A DNA stretch of 63,845 bases, filler included, from Octopus bimaculoides (GCF_001194135.2; 7 parts of 6 records of this genome joined end to end with filler, not necessarily neighbours in it), one strand, 5' to 3'; positions 36,562-50,702 are shown, counted from the whole stretch's first letter. Notes: generated by a model from the letters alone, not told the origin. Numbers and translations: made by a program.

Positions 36562-36870
36562 GGAAAGCTGGCAGAATTGTTAGCACACCGGACAAAATGC
36601 TTAGCGGTATTTCGTCTGCTGCTACGTTCTGAGTTCAAATTACGCCGAGGTCGACTTTGCCTTTCATCCTTTCGGGGTCGATTAAATAAGTACCAGTTAC
36701 GCACTGGGGTCGATATAATCGACTTAATCTGTTTGTCTGTCCTTGTTTGTCCCCTCTGTGTATAACCCCTTGTGGGCAGTAAAGAAATAGGTATTTCGTC
36801 CGTCCCTGCCGTCTGAGTCAAAATCCCACGGAGGTCGACTGTGATTTCCATCCTTTCGGGGTCGAAAAAA
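36562..36870 (+). mobile_element. SINE family B tail-2 variant followed by a second partial core
   Basis: Head-core-tail2 (..GTGGGCAGTAAAGAAATA), then restart at GGTATTTCGTC. Confidence 0.9.
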
Positions 36871-36928
36871 TAGATAGAATTTCGTAAACTTTCACGCTTA
36901 TTTACGTGGCAGATATATGCAATCTAAT

Positions 36929-37028
36929 NNNNNNNNNNNNNNNNNNNNNNNNNNNNNNNNNNNNNNNNNNNNTTAATTAATTAANNNNNNNNNNNNNNNN
37001 NNNNNNNNNNNNNNNNNNNNNNNNNNNN
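36929..37028. other. Artificial scaffold-join spacer
   Basis: N44-TTAATTAATTAA-N44. Confidence 0.95.
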
Positions 37029-37036
37029 ACACACCG

Positions 37037-37078
<42 letters not shown>

Positions 37079-37524
37079 GACACGCAGATGTTCTGTAGGT
37101 TATGTTTATACAGTTTAATTTTCACAATATCATTCAAACATTAATAACTCGAAGGAATACAGAAACGCCACCACCGCCACCAATACCGCCGCCGCCTCCC
37201 ACCACCGCAACTACTTCCACATCGTCCTCTGAAGGAAAAGGTTGTCTACAGATAATGTATATAGGGCAAGATAACTATGATGGAAGAAGTGAACTTGCTA
37301 GGGGCTATATGAAGTTATATATATTCACACACACACACGCGCACGGTTGTAGGATTTAAACATTTCACACACCGGAGGTGTAGGTAAGTGGTATGTGATT
37401 TACATAGTTTACATCGCCAAACACTGCCCTATGAACTGCAGGACACAAGCTGAGAAGCACAGATTCAACTCTGATAAACAGACCAACGCTCTCACACATA
37501 CACATACAGATGCACAGACACACA

Positions 37525-37572
<48 letters not shown>

Positions 37573-37603
37573 AACACAGACATACATATTCTTACTCTTT
37601 CCC

Positions 37604-37636
<33 letters not shown>

Positions 37637-37689
37637 GCGTGTGTATACATATATATATATATAATATACACATACATACATACATCCAT

Positions 37690-38108
37690 ACATATACTCT
37701 TTTACTCTTTTACTTGTTTCAATCATTTAACTGCGGCCATGCTAGAGCACCACCTTTAGTCGAGCAAATCGACCACAGGACTTATTCTTTGGATGCCTAG
37801 TACTTATTCTATCGGTCTCTTTTTGCCGAACCGCTAAGTTACGGGGACGTAAACCCACCAGCATCGGTTGTCAAGCGATGTTGGGGGGACACACACAAAC
37901 ACACAGACATACACACACACACATATATATATATATACATATATATACGACAGGCTTCTTTCAGTTTCCGTCTACCAAATCCACTCACAAGGCTTTGGTC
38001 GGCCCGAGGCTATAGTAGAAGACACTTGCCCAAGGTGCTACGCAGTGGGACTGAACACGGAACCATGTGGTTGGTAAGCAAGTTACTTCCCACACAGCCA
38101 CATAGCCA
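37690..38108 (-). mobile_element. SINE family A full copy
   Basis: Reverse complement of the family A pattern with internal (CA)/(TA) repeat. Confidence 0.92.
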
Positions 38109-38529
38109 CATATATATGTGTGTGTGTGTGCGTGCGTGCGTGTGTGTGTGTATGTGTGTGTGTATATATACATTTGAGTATAAATTATTGCAATATTTTG
38201 GTAACTTGATTGTTTTATTCGTCAGTTACGAAGAAAGCAGCCTAGTATTTACAATAGAGGCCATCGTCTCCTGACGTTTGAAGCCAGTTTTCTACTCGTG
38301 TTTTGATCCGACGTTATTAGCGCAGTATTGTGGCCTCTTCACTGATGGTTCCATCACCTCTTCTTTAATGAAATTTGCGTGCCATGAATCGGGACAATAA
38401 TCCGAGTGAGATATTTTTCCGCTATCCTAACGTGCATCGGCATTGGTTAAACAAAGGTTAGCTTCCGGAAAACATCGCTAAAAATCGCAATGCACGTCTC
38501 ACTTACTGGGCTCTCGATTCTTCACCAGC

Positions 38530-38738
38530 CAAGAAGAGGTGGATGTTTTAGTGAAGGATTTCTTCGCCTCGAGGGACAAGAATTGGTATTTGCATGGGAT
38601 TAAAGAACTAGCAGAAATGTGGGTTCAGCTAGTGGGACACAGTGGCCTGTCCTTTGAATGGTAGGATATTTTCGCTGTAACTCGACGAACAAAACAAATA
38701 CGTTACTAAAATATTGCAAAGCTTTTAACCCAACACAA
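38530..38738 (+). mobile_element. Mariner transposase 3' fragment and right end
   Basis: QEEVDVLVKDFFASRDKNWYLHGIKELAEMWVQLVGHSGLSFEW* (stop 38662-38664), mariner C-terminal pattern; ends ..ACCCAACACAA|TA. Confidence 0.7.
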
Positions 38739-39966
38739 TATTTATACATACGTATATAAATAAACATAACTATACGTATATATAATAAATTTTATACATT
38801 AGTCTAATCCTTGTGTGTATATGTATATATATTCTTTTGCCACGTCATGTACTCAGTTATGTATCTATATGTACATGTAGATGAACGTATATACATACAT
38901 GTACATATGCATATACTCATATATTGTTTATATATATATATATATNNNNNNNNNNNNNNNNNNNNNNNNNNNNNNNNNNNNNNNNNNNNNNNNNNNNNNN
39001 NNNNNNNNNNNNNNNNNNNNNNNNNNNNNNNNNNNNNNNNNNNNNNNNNNNNNNNNNNNNNNNNNNNNNNNNNNNNNNNNNNNNNNNNNNNNNNNNNNNN
39101 NNNNNNNNNNNNNNNNNNNNNNNNNNNNNNNNNNNNNNNNNNNNNNNNNNNNNNNNNNNNNNNNNNNNNNNNNNNNNNNNNNNNNNNNNNNNNNNNNNNN
39201 NNNNNNNNNNNNNNNNNNNNNNNNNNNNNNNNNNNNNNNNNNNNNNNNNNNATATATATATATATATATAATATACATATATATGCATATTTGTGCATAT
39301 ATATATATGTATGTGTGCGTGAATGTGTGTATGTATGTGTGTATGTGTCTGTGTATATGCGGGTTTGTGTGTGCATGTACATATAGGTGCGCGCATGTTT
39401 CCTTCCATAAATTGTGAGGCTACTTGCATACATATAGGCCTATGCATAAACTTACTCACACATTGCAGACATACATCACAGAGACACCAGTAAAATCACG
39501 CACGCGCACGCACACACACACACACACACACAACACATATACACACACTCACGCGCGCATACACATTCACTCAAACACACATATACAGAAACAGGCATAC
39601 CCACACGCCCACATAAAGACAGTGGTTGAATGTTTCAACAGACGATCACTACCCAGAGGTAAATCTACGGCCCATAATTGTATAAAGAGCATTCATTTTC
39701 TGGGAATTTAATTAAGAAGAAAATGGATTTGATGAGATGAGACGATTTATAACGGAGCCATTATGTCTGCGATATTTTGACACACAAACACACACACACA
39801 AATATATTCGTACTTACACAACGAACATGTATTCGCCCACAAGCTAACACATGTACACACTCGAACACATGCACACATTTGTGAGCATATATATATATGT
39901 ATATGTATATGTATATGTGTATCTATCTATCTATCTATCTATCTCCCTCTTTCTCTCTCTCTCTAC

Positions 39967-40017
<51 letters not shown>

Positions 40018-40788
40018 NNNNNNNNNNNNNNNNNNNNNNNNNNNNNNNNNNNNNNNNNNNNNNNNNNNNNNNNNNNNNNNNNNNNNNNNNNNNNNNNNNN
40101 NNNNNNNNNNNNNNNNNNNNNNNNNNNNNNNNNNNNNNNNNNNNNNNNNNNNNNNNNNNNNNNNNNNNNNNNNNNNNNNNNNNNNNNNNNNNNNNNNNNN
40201 NNNNNNNNNNNNNNNNNNNNNNNNNNNNNNNNNNNNNNNNNNNNNNNNNNNNNNNNNNNNNNNNNNNNNNNNNNNNNNNNNNNNNNNNNNNNNNNNNNNN
40301 NNNNNNNNNNNNNNNNNNNNNNNNNNNNNNNNNNNNNNNNNNNNNNNNNNNNNNNNNNNNNNNNNNNNNNNNNNNNNNNNNNNNNNNNNNNNNNNNNNNN
40401 NNNNNNNNNNNNNNNNNNNNNNNNNNNNNNNNNNNNNNNNNNNNNNNNNNNNNNNNNNNNNNNNNNNNNNNNNNNNNNNNNNNNNNNNNNNNNNNNNNNN
40501 NNNNNNNNNNNNNNNNNNNNNNNNNNNNNNNNNNNNNNNNNNNNNNNNNNNNNNNNNNNNNNNNNNNNNNNNNNNNNNNNNNNNNNNNNNNNNNNNNNNN
40601 NNNNNNNNNNNNNNNNNNNNNNNNNNNNNNNNNNNNNNNNNNNNNNNNNNNNNNNNNNNNNNNNNNNNNNNNNNNNNNNNNNNNNNNNNNNNNNNNNNNN
40701 NNNNNNNNNNNNNNNNNNNNNNNNNNNNNNNNNNNNNNNNNNNNNNNNNNNNNNNNNNNNNNNNNNNNNNNNNNNNTATATATATATA

Positions 40789-40823
<35 letters not shown>

Positions 40824-41529
40824 CAAAATTTGAAACCTGCATATGAGAATACAAATGATAACATAAGATACAATTATCAAACATCAGAATAGAGAAAACG
40901 ATGGATGAAGGAAATGAATTTAAATGTTGAACAATACCAATTCGAGTCTGCACTAAATTCGCCAATATTTATATAGACAGGCACTGAATCTATACCGGAA
41001 ATTCTGGTCTCACTTTATCCGATTCATGGAACTTCGAACTTGGTTAATAAAGCGAAACTTTAATCAGTGTGGGATATTACATGGACAAAAGGAGGGACAA
41101 CTTCATTCATCCACTTCATGGATGACGTAAATGCACACACCGCCAATGGGAAGGAACCATTTATAGAGTTTACTGTGAATTTTCCTGAAGTTTAGTAAAG
41201 ACTAATATACACTTTGATTTTGGAGGATTTCAAGGACTTGAGAATAAAACGAAGTGGACTGACGACTTGAATTATAAATATTAAGGAACAAGCTAGTGTA
41301 AAACTGTGAGCGAAAGTGTGTGGAAGAGTTTTAAAAAAAAACCGAATAGTTTGATATACATCAAATTCTCCCCCACCTCCCGTCGCCTGGTGTTTTATCT
41401 TTTTGTCACTTGTACCACAACTATAATGGCTGTTGTATTACGATCGTTGCTATTCAGAACTTATTTTGCTCATACCATATCTATTCAAGCACACCTGTCT
41501 CACTCAGGCGCATCCTGCCATCATTATCA

Positions 41530-41742
41530 TTTTCTATGCTAGGCACAAAGCCCGAAATTTTGGGGGAGGGGGCCAGTCGATTAGATCGACACCAGTATGA
41601 AACTGGTACTTAATTTATCAACCCCGAAAGAATGAAAAGCAAAGTCGACTTCGCTGGAATTTGAATTTAGAACATAAAGACAGACGAAATACAGCTAAGC
41701 ATTTCGTCCGCCGTGTTAACTTTTCTTCCAGCTCACCCCCTT
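41530..41742 (-). mobile_element. SINE family B
   Basis: Reverse complement of family B. Confidence 0.85.
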
Positions 41743-42474
41743 ACGATTAGCAATATATTGGCAAGTTAAATTCCATCCATGATTCTTTTAGCGGATTAAG
41801 CATGATATTTATTTCGTAGAGTGTAAAATAAAATACTCATTAAGACGAACATTGATGCCACTCAATCATCATGTTTGCATCACATGAAATAAAGGCGGTA
41901 AATATATAGATTATGATTTCAATGGACAAAAGAAGACCTAAATCTTGCTTTTTTTCTCCTTTGATTTCTTTTTCAGTTTTTATTCACTTTGTCTTTCCCC
42001 GTTCCACCATTTGCATCCATCTTCTCTATGTTCTCGTGTCTTCTCATAGATCAACGTCCTCTGTTTCAAATAAGACAAACCATACATTTTTGATAGCTTG
42101 TAGACGCGTGGCTCGATGTATAAATCTGCCGAATTATTGTGTTTTTATGGCATGAAATTGTTAGTAGCTCATATTTCAATACGATGTATATTAAATGATA
42201 TATAAATACTTTCTTCATTTCTCTATCTGACAAAGAACGTCTCATTTTGTACATTTTTACACCTCTTCTTTTTTACGTTTTAAATTTCTCTGAGCGTCAA
42301 TCGAATACGTTGTTGACTGTTGTTGTTTTCTAATCTTTTAAAACTTTTGATTTGCTTATATATATTATTTGAGAGGAATATATATACATATATATTTGTG
42401 CGTGTGTGTGTGTGTGCGCACATACAAACGTAAGCAGATACATATGTACATATGTATATGTAAGTAGAAATATA

Positions 42475-42506
<32 letters not shown>

Positions 42507-42911
42507 CATTTCCACATCTATTTATCCATCTCTCTATCTCACTCTACAACCTTACAACTACACACATACACCAAATGAAAGCAGTGGGTAAATACTCACA
42601 GTACCAGACACAAATGAAGAAAATAAAGTAAATGACGAGACAGTATATTGTTATACTAAATGTATTATATAAAAGGAGGCGTGGTGATGGTGTACAAATG
42701 AGAAGAGACTGAGAAACGAGCAGAGAAGAATCACGCGAGATTACAAATAAGAGGTGGAGATCATATAATAAGTTGGCGAAGAGAAAACGTATTTAATATA
42801 TGAAAAAAAAAATACCGAAGTCGGAAAATCTATATATACTGGAAGACGCTTGCATTGAAACATGGCTGCATATATGCCTGTATAAATATACATAGACAGA
42901 CAAGCACATAA

Positions 42912-42943
<32 letters not shown>

Positions 42944-43325
42944 GTATATATATATGTATATATATATATATATATNNNNNNNNNNNNNNNNNNNNNNNNN
43001 NNNNNNNNNNNNNNNNNNNNNNNNNNNNNNNNNNNNNNNNNNNNNNNNNNNNNNNNNNNNNNNNNNNNNNNNNNNNNNNNNNNNNNNNNNNNNNNNNNNN
43101 NNNNNNNNNNNNNNNNNNNNNNNNNNNNNNNNNNNNNNNNNNNNNNNNNNNNNNNNNNNNNNNNNNNNNNNNNNNNNNNNNNNNNNNNNNNNNNNNNNNN
43201 NNNNNNNNNNNNNNNNNNNNNNNNNNNNNNNNNNNNNNNNNNNNNNNNNNNNNNNNNNNNNNNNNNNNNNNNNNNNNNNNNNNNNNNNNNNNNNNNNNNN
43301 NNNNNNNNNNNNNNNNNNNNNNNNN

Positions 43326-43356
<31 letters not shown>

Positions 43357-44006
43357 CATATGTATATATATACATATACATACATATATGTATACATACA
43401 CATGCACAAACGCACACAAGCACACACATACACATATATATGGATCTTTGCAAGAGTGAAAATATATGGTCATATATACATGCATTTATTTATGTGTCTG
43501 TGAATGTATGTATATTTATATACGTATGCATGCATGTATGTTTCCTTGCATGACTACTTCTGATGTATACATAAATTTTTCAACAATATGTGCGCGCGTG
43601 TGTAATGTGTGTGTATGTGTCTGTGTGTGCATAGGGACTTAGAAGGTAAATAATTAAATAATTAAATTAGGTCAGCTGGAAGCAAAGTAGTAAAATCTCT
43701 CGTTTTTATCAAGCGTGATATACACCGGATATAACTCACAGTCTAGGCTACGTGGTTCCAGTTGAACAAATGGATATTCATATTATGCCTCTGAATATAC
43801 ACAAGCATATACATATATTCACATATACATAAATACACACCCACAGACACAAGGCAAACACAAGCACGTATATACATACTCAAAATTCCTTGTATTAGAA
43901 TATCATCATATTCGAATTTCTGAATATTAACACAATATATGTAAATATACACCAAATAGGGCATTTACACGCACACACACATATACATATACATACACAC
44001 ACACAC

Positions 44007-44057
<51 letters not shown>

Positions 44058-44669
44058 GAGACATACCATACACACATACATACGTACATACATACACACA
44101 TAGAAATAAACACGTACAATTGCACATACCTCCAAACACGCACGCACAATTATAGACATAGATATCCTGTAACAAAATATATAAATATTCCATAGGCAGT
44201 ATATATGTAATCATCCATAGGATACAAATATAAATTATCTTAATGAGTTATTTAGTCTGAAGTACTCAAAACTGCACATAAAATTTTGAATTATTCGTTG
44301 ATAATTCATAAGAAATGAATAGACGAAAAGTGTCGTCTTCTAGTCTGTACCTAGAAAATTGTTTCGTGAAGAAGTTTTGAAGAGTATATCTCTCATTAGA
44401 CGGTGTACAATATGATACAAGCCTTCAGTCAGAACTAATAAAATGCTGTCAATCACGAAAGGCTAAACAGTTCGAAACGGACGGATGTGAAGAAAGTCGG
44501 ACATTAATATATTCATTTAAGGAATTAACAGATGCATTAGAAACCTTTCATTGTGTGTAAATATATGAAAGTACATTACGCGGATATATCTACATACTTC
44601 CAGACGTAAACATAAATATATTACCTATGTATATAAACTTGCATACATATGTATGCTTGTCTGTCTATG

Positions 44670-44768
<99 letters not shown>

Positions 44769-46046
44769 TTGTTATAAAGTCATGTAATATAGTTTGACTT
44801 CTCTCTCATATAGCTATACAAATGCACGATATATAACTACAAATTAATGGTAAGGCGGCATAATTTTATCCATTCATTTATTCGCAGTGCCGTTCCAAGA
44901 AGAAATAAAATCATGAAGTAAAACCTCTATTCCGGAAGAACACAAGAAATGCTACCTTTAATGCATACTGAGATTTTCGCTAATAATCCAATCTCCTTAA
45001 AATTCCTGGAAAATTTAAATGTATAGTTTTGCTGTGTAGTTTCAATTATTGATTTTTGCCTGCTGAAGATACCATGATGCGAATAGACGTAGAATTATTC
45101 TTCTGAAATTTTTTTGCTTTTTTCTTTTCCTTATAAACCAGAAATAAATACTTATGGTCTAATTCTTGCATTTGGGTCTCTGTTTCTATACATAGAAACA
45201 TATTCATGATACGAACATTAATATTATTTACATTATTTACATTTGACGGATATTTGTCCTCATCTTGTTTGTTGTTAACACAATGTTTGGGCTGATGTAC
45301 TCTCCAGCCTTCATATATATATATATANNNNNNNNNNNNNNNNNNNNNNNNNNNNNNNNNNNNNNNNNNNNNNNNNNNNNNNNNNNNNNNNNNNNNNNNN
45401 NNNNNNNNNNNNNNNNNNNNNNNNNNNNNNNNNNNNNNNNNNNNNNNNNNNNNNNNNNNNNNNNNNNNNNNNNNNNNNNNNNNNNNNNNNNNNNNNNNNN
45501 NNNNNNNNNNNNNNNNNNNNNNNNNNNNNNNNNNNNNNNNNNNNNNNNNNNNNNNNNNNNNNNNNNNNNNNNNNNNNNNNNNNNNNNNNNNNNNNNNNNN
45601 NNNNNNNNNNNNNNNNNNNNNNNNNNNNNNNNNNNNNNNNNNNNNNNNNNNNNNNNNNNNNNNNNNNNNNNNNNNNNNNNNNNNNNNNNNNNNNNNNNNN
45701 NNNNNNNNNNNNNNNNNNNNNNNNNNNNNNNNNNNNNNNNNNNNNNNNNNNNNNNNNNNNNNNNNNNNNNNNNNNNNNNNNNNNNNNNNNNNNNNNNNNN
45801 NNNNNNNNNNNNNNNNNNNNNNNNNNNNNNNNNNNNNNNNNNNNNNNNNNNNNNNNNNNNNNNNNNNNNNNNNNNNNNNNNNNNNNNNNNNNNNNNNNNN
45901 NNNNNNNNNNNNNNNNNNNNNNNNNNNNNNNNNNNNNNNNNNNNNNNNNNNNNNNNNNNNNNNNNNNNNNNNNNNNNNNNNNNNNNNNNNNNNNNNNNNN
46001 NNNNNNNNNNNNNNNNNNNNNNNNNNNNNNNNNNNNNNNNNNNNNN

Positions 46047-46119
<73 letters not shown>

Positions 46120-46481
46120 CATACAAATATTAATGTGTGTATGTGTGTGTGTGTTCATATACATGTGTGTATGTGATCAAAACTTATATAAAGAGATATT
46201 ACAGAATTTTATTGCCGCACTCGTATACATAGAACACAGACCGAAACTAATGGACTTTTGGAAATACAGAATAAGAAGAATGCTCTCTATTGCTCTGATG
46301 ATTCTTAATGTAGGTTTTCCAATATATATTTGTGGAGCTGAGAATTTGCAACTCTTAAAACGAGCGTCTATGCTATTTATATTGTTGTTGTCTTGTTTGG
46401 TGTTATATGAATCATTGCACTGAATTTCTTGGACGCCGCTAAGGCCAACTACTATTTGTATAAGCCACTGTAGGTGTTTGT

Positions 46482-46740
46482 GGAGGTACGTGGCTGAGTG
46501 GTTAGGGGTGTTGATTGTGGTTTCGAGTCCTGGACGGGCCGATGCGTTGTGTTCTTACTCAAAACACTCCAGTCTACTCAGCGACCGAAAATGAGTAATC
46601 CTGCGACGGATCGGCGTCCTGTCCAGGTGGGGGAAAATTATACGCCACTGAAAACGGGAAACTGGCCCTTATGAGTCTGGCCCTTATGAGCCCTTATGAG
46701 CCTGGCCCTTATGAGCCTGGCCCTTATGAGCCCTTATGAG
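46482..46740 (+). mobile_element. tRNA-derived SINE family D with an expanded tandem 3' tail
   Basis: GTGGCTGAGTGGTTAGG A-box, GGTTTCGAGTCC B-box, CCTGCGACGGATCGGCGTCCTGTCCAGG domain; six CCCTTATGAG copies at 46666-46740. Confidence 0.8.
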
Positions 46741-47384
46741 AAAGACGGTATTTGTTTTTGTTGTGATGCTGAAGGAGACGGTGTACGGCTATAATCCTGA
46801 AGAATGGGGATTTCATAGATTCCAGCAACGCAAGCCTAAAAGCTGACGGGCTCGACATGCCGACGAGCTACTGCTGGTTTTTAAAACGAGAAGCGGACAT
46901 GTAACATAAGCGAAAAAGAAGACGCCAAAGTTATCTTTGAAAAACATAAAAATTAATAAAATTAACAATATTCACTTTACACTTTTGTTTTGTGTTTTAT
47001 TGGTTTTAGAGCTACTTGTCCACCTAGTTGCTATTGTTCTTATCTTATACCAAGTCATGAGTTTTCACATTATTGTAATTTTCCCATTGTTTGTGGGATG
47101 AACATATATATATATATATATNNNNNNNNNNNNNNNNNNNNNNNNNNNNNNNNNNNNNNNNNNNNNNNNNNNNNNNNNNNNNNNNNNNNNNNNNNNNNNN
47201 NNNNNNNNNNNNNNNNNNNNNNNNNNNNNNNNNNNNNNNNNNNNNNNNNNNNNNNNNNNNNNNNNNNNNNNNNNNNNNNNNNNNNNNNNNNNNNNNNNNN
47301 NNNNNNNNNNNNNNNNNNNNNNNNNNNNNNNNNNNNNNNNNNNNNNNNNNNNNNNNNNNNNNNNNNNNNNNNNNNNNNNNNNNN

Positions 47385-47445
<61 letters not shown>

Positions 47446-48122
47446 GGTAAGACAGGATTCCTTCCTTTTTCGAATCAGAAATCAACGCGTGATACTCTGG
47501 TCGGTGGTCGAGCCTGTATTAGAATCAGGAATCTTGTGACTGAGGAACTTCATTATTTATTTATACACATAGTTTATTAAATACATTTCAAATTATTCAT
47601 TGAAAATTGTCGTATATATCTCTTTTTATGTATGCATGTATGTATGTATTTATGCATGTGCGTATGCATTCAGGTATATATGCATGTAAGTATGTATACG
47701 TGCATGTATGTGTGAATGTTTATGTGTATCTATCTATCAGTATATATATATACATATATGTGTGAGTATGTGTGTTTGTTTATACACAAACACTCACACA
47801 CACAGATATATGTATATATAAAAATGCATACATACACACATTCTCATTCATAAGGACAGGCGAGGATGTTCGTATTTATTTTACGTAGGAGCAAGTCTCC
47901 CAGTTAATGAAATATATACAAGACAAGGTGTATAATGTCTTTTATACTTTACTTGTTTACAGAATATCCTGTAAACAAGTCACCACCTGAGATCACACAC
48001 ACACACACACATACACACACACATACACACACACATACACACACACATACACACACACACGCACGTACGCAGTCATGGACGCACGCTCAGAAACATTTGT
48101 ATATATATATAAAAAATGTGTA

Positions 48123-48165
<43 letters not shown>

Positions 48166-48296
48166 ATCTATACATGTGTACATATACATATATATATGTA
48201 TATGTATATATATAATGAAATACGCATATATAAATGTATATACATATACATAAACACATATTATATATGTATATAAAGGTATATATATATATATAT

Positions 48297-48396
48297 NNNN
48301 NNNNNNNNNNNNNNNNNNNNNNNNNNNNNNNNNNNNNNNNTTAATTAATTAANNNNNNNNNNNNNNNNNNNNNNNNNNNNNNNNNNNNNNNNNNNN
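48297..48396. other. Artificial scaffold-join spacer
   Basis: N44-TTAATTAATTAA-N44. Confidence 0.95.
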
Positions 48397-48960
48397 TTTT
48401 CTCATCTTTCAATTTCCAAATCAAACTACTAAGCGCCGTACTATATTGTTTACTCCTATCCCTAAAGGACGAATAATGATTAGAAATTCGTTTCGAGACT
48501 TCAAGTGACGAAGCCCCAATATAACTCCAAATCTTCTTATCCGTTATAACATTACACCTATACACAATGTTTTTAGCTTTAGCATTTGCACTAAGGAATC
48601 TTATTCTATTAGGGTTATCTTCAGATATTTCTATTAGTTTATTATCAAAGTTAATGGTATTATCCATATCCTTTATGTCTTGACTAACATCTCGAACATT
48701 GTCTGTATTATTATTATTACTCTCTGTGTTTATGTCAACAGAATTATGACTAGAATTTGAGGATAAAAGTTTAAAGTTATGAGCGGCAATAATTTGGGTC
48801 AAATTTTTGGTATTTCAAAAACCGAACCTTACCTTATGCTCGTTAATAACCTTATAGTAGAGCGAGTTTATTGCAAAATGTTTCCTGGATACCCTATTGA
48901 AATGTGCATAGGTTTGGCTTATTGTGGTTGTTTCTGTTATTATAACTGTTGCTGCAATAA
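48397..48960 (-). mobile_element. Penelope-like element fragment: post-RT linker plus GIY-YIG endonuclease
   Basis: KHFAINSLYYKVINEHKVRFGF*NTKNLTQIIAAHNFKLL, Asn-rich linker, then NIVYRC..WSYIGASS..KRISNHYSSFRDR..YSTALSSLIWKLKD. Confidence 0.85.
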
Positions 48961-49460
48961 AGTATCTTCAATGCATCGATTTTGAGCTCTATCTTTTAAG
49001 AGACATATATATATATATATATATATTTATTTATATATATATCAGGCTCATCGTCGTATTATTATTATTTGAATTATAATTAACTCTTCGCCGCAGCCAC
49101 ACAACGGTTTTAACATTGTGAAACAAGAATTTTCTACACTTGAAGAATTTCGGTATTGGTCTGGAATCTGACAGTGTTCATGGCCCAGAATTTGGGTTGA
49201 GTGCTTCTCTGGAAATGCCCTATTTTTATACCATACCAGAACTTAAGATAGATCTATGTCGTTATTTAGTTTTATTTCCAGATTTCATGCCAATAGAGCA
49301 GGAACCGGTTTCTAACCTAGATCCAAGGCTCCTTCATTGGAATTTCAATAACATCAACAGGGTATTTTTGTATGTATGTATATATGAGAAAGAGGGGGCA
49401 GAGAGTCAGAGGGGAAAGAGAGAGATAGGCAAAGAGTGAGGGCAGAGAGCGGGGGCACAG

Positions 49461-49502
<42 letters not shown>

Positions 49503-49743
49503 GTCTGGGAGGACAGCAGGAACCCAAGACAAGATTATAGAAGATACTTTTGCTGTTTTTGTTGCATATTCTTGTTGTAGTTTAGACTTAGATCAAGCCT
49601 AATGGAGCAAAACTTTGACGAAAGTAATCCAGTCGTGACCATCCATGGGATTAAATCTCGAGTCACTCGGCTTCAAAGAAAGCGTCTCAGTCTCATTGTT
49701 ATATATCTAACTATATCTATAAATCCATATGTATCTAATTATC

Positions 49744-49799
<56 letters not shown>

Positions 49800-49928
49800 T
49801 AAAGAGACAGACAGCTAGACAGGCAGACAGAGAGATTGCTTAATTGATTGACTGGTTGATCGATTGATTGATTGACCGACCGACTGACTGACTGATTAAC
49901 TGACTGATTGATTGACTGACTGAATTAC

Positions 49929-49964
<36 letters not shown>

Positions 49965-50702
49965 GCTCGCGGCTAGAATACTTTTGTCATAGATTTTCCA
50001 TTATGGTTGAACCTAGGCCTAAACTTCATCAACAAGAGTACACTAAAACCACATACTCTTTGAAAAGAACAAAAGAGCCACCTAGAATTTAATCCTTGAT
50101 TCTTCTACCTTAGATATATAAACTTTGTTCATTTTCCAGTGGCAGAAACGAAAAAAACATAATAGAGAAGATACATAAAACCCAAAAAGAAAGCCCCTTC
50201 TGATATCAGTAAACGTCTTTAAAATCTACAACTGAAGTAATTTTCCTCTCGCTCCGAGGGAATTTATGCACAGATGAAATAGCCATGGGTTCTCCTAAGG
50301 CCCTACGTTTGCTGCATTCTACTTTACACAACATTGAACAGAATAATACCAAATTATAAACGAGTAATACACACTAGATAGGTAGATAACATACTTGCGG
50401 TAATGGATACATTAAAGGAAGTTTAGGAACAAAAAGAAGACTAAGAAAACAATTCCGTATTAAAATTTAGCAACCAGAATAATACAAATGAAACCTCGCT
50501 TTTGAGCATATTGATACAGATTGAAAAAAAATAGCTATATGATCTCAGTATACACCAAAGAATAAAACAAATGCATATATTTACATGGAAACGGTGAATG
50601 CGCGCACAACTATAAAATCTCAATGGTAAAATCACTCCTTAGAAGAGAATTTAGCTTCTCGTCCACAAACAAAACACTAGAGAAATAAATGCGCAGAATA
50701 AT

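Noticed and set aside
41090-41260. FMDDVNAHTA resembling a Tc1 catalytic motif
   Set aside because: A single short motif with no further transposase similarity.
46280-46360. CTGATGA..AAAACGAGCGTC and nearby CTGAAGA (46797) as hammerheads
   Set aside because: GAAA box and stems cannot be formed; too degenerate to call.
4732-47485. Dozens of track ORFs rich in YI, CV, HT, SL repeats or X
   Set aside because: They are translations of (AT)n, (CA)n, (CT)n and (TATG)n microsatellites and N gaps, not genes.
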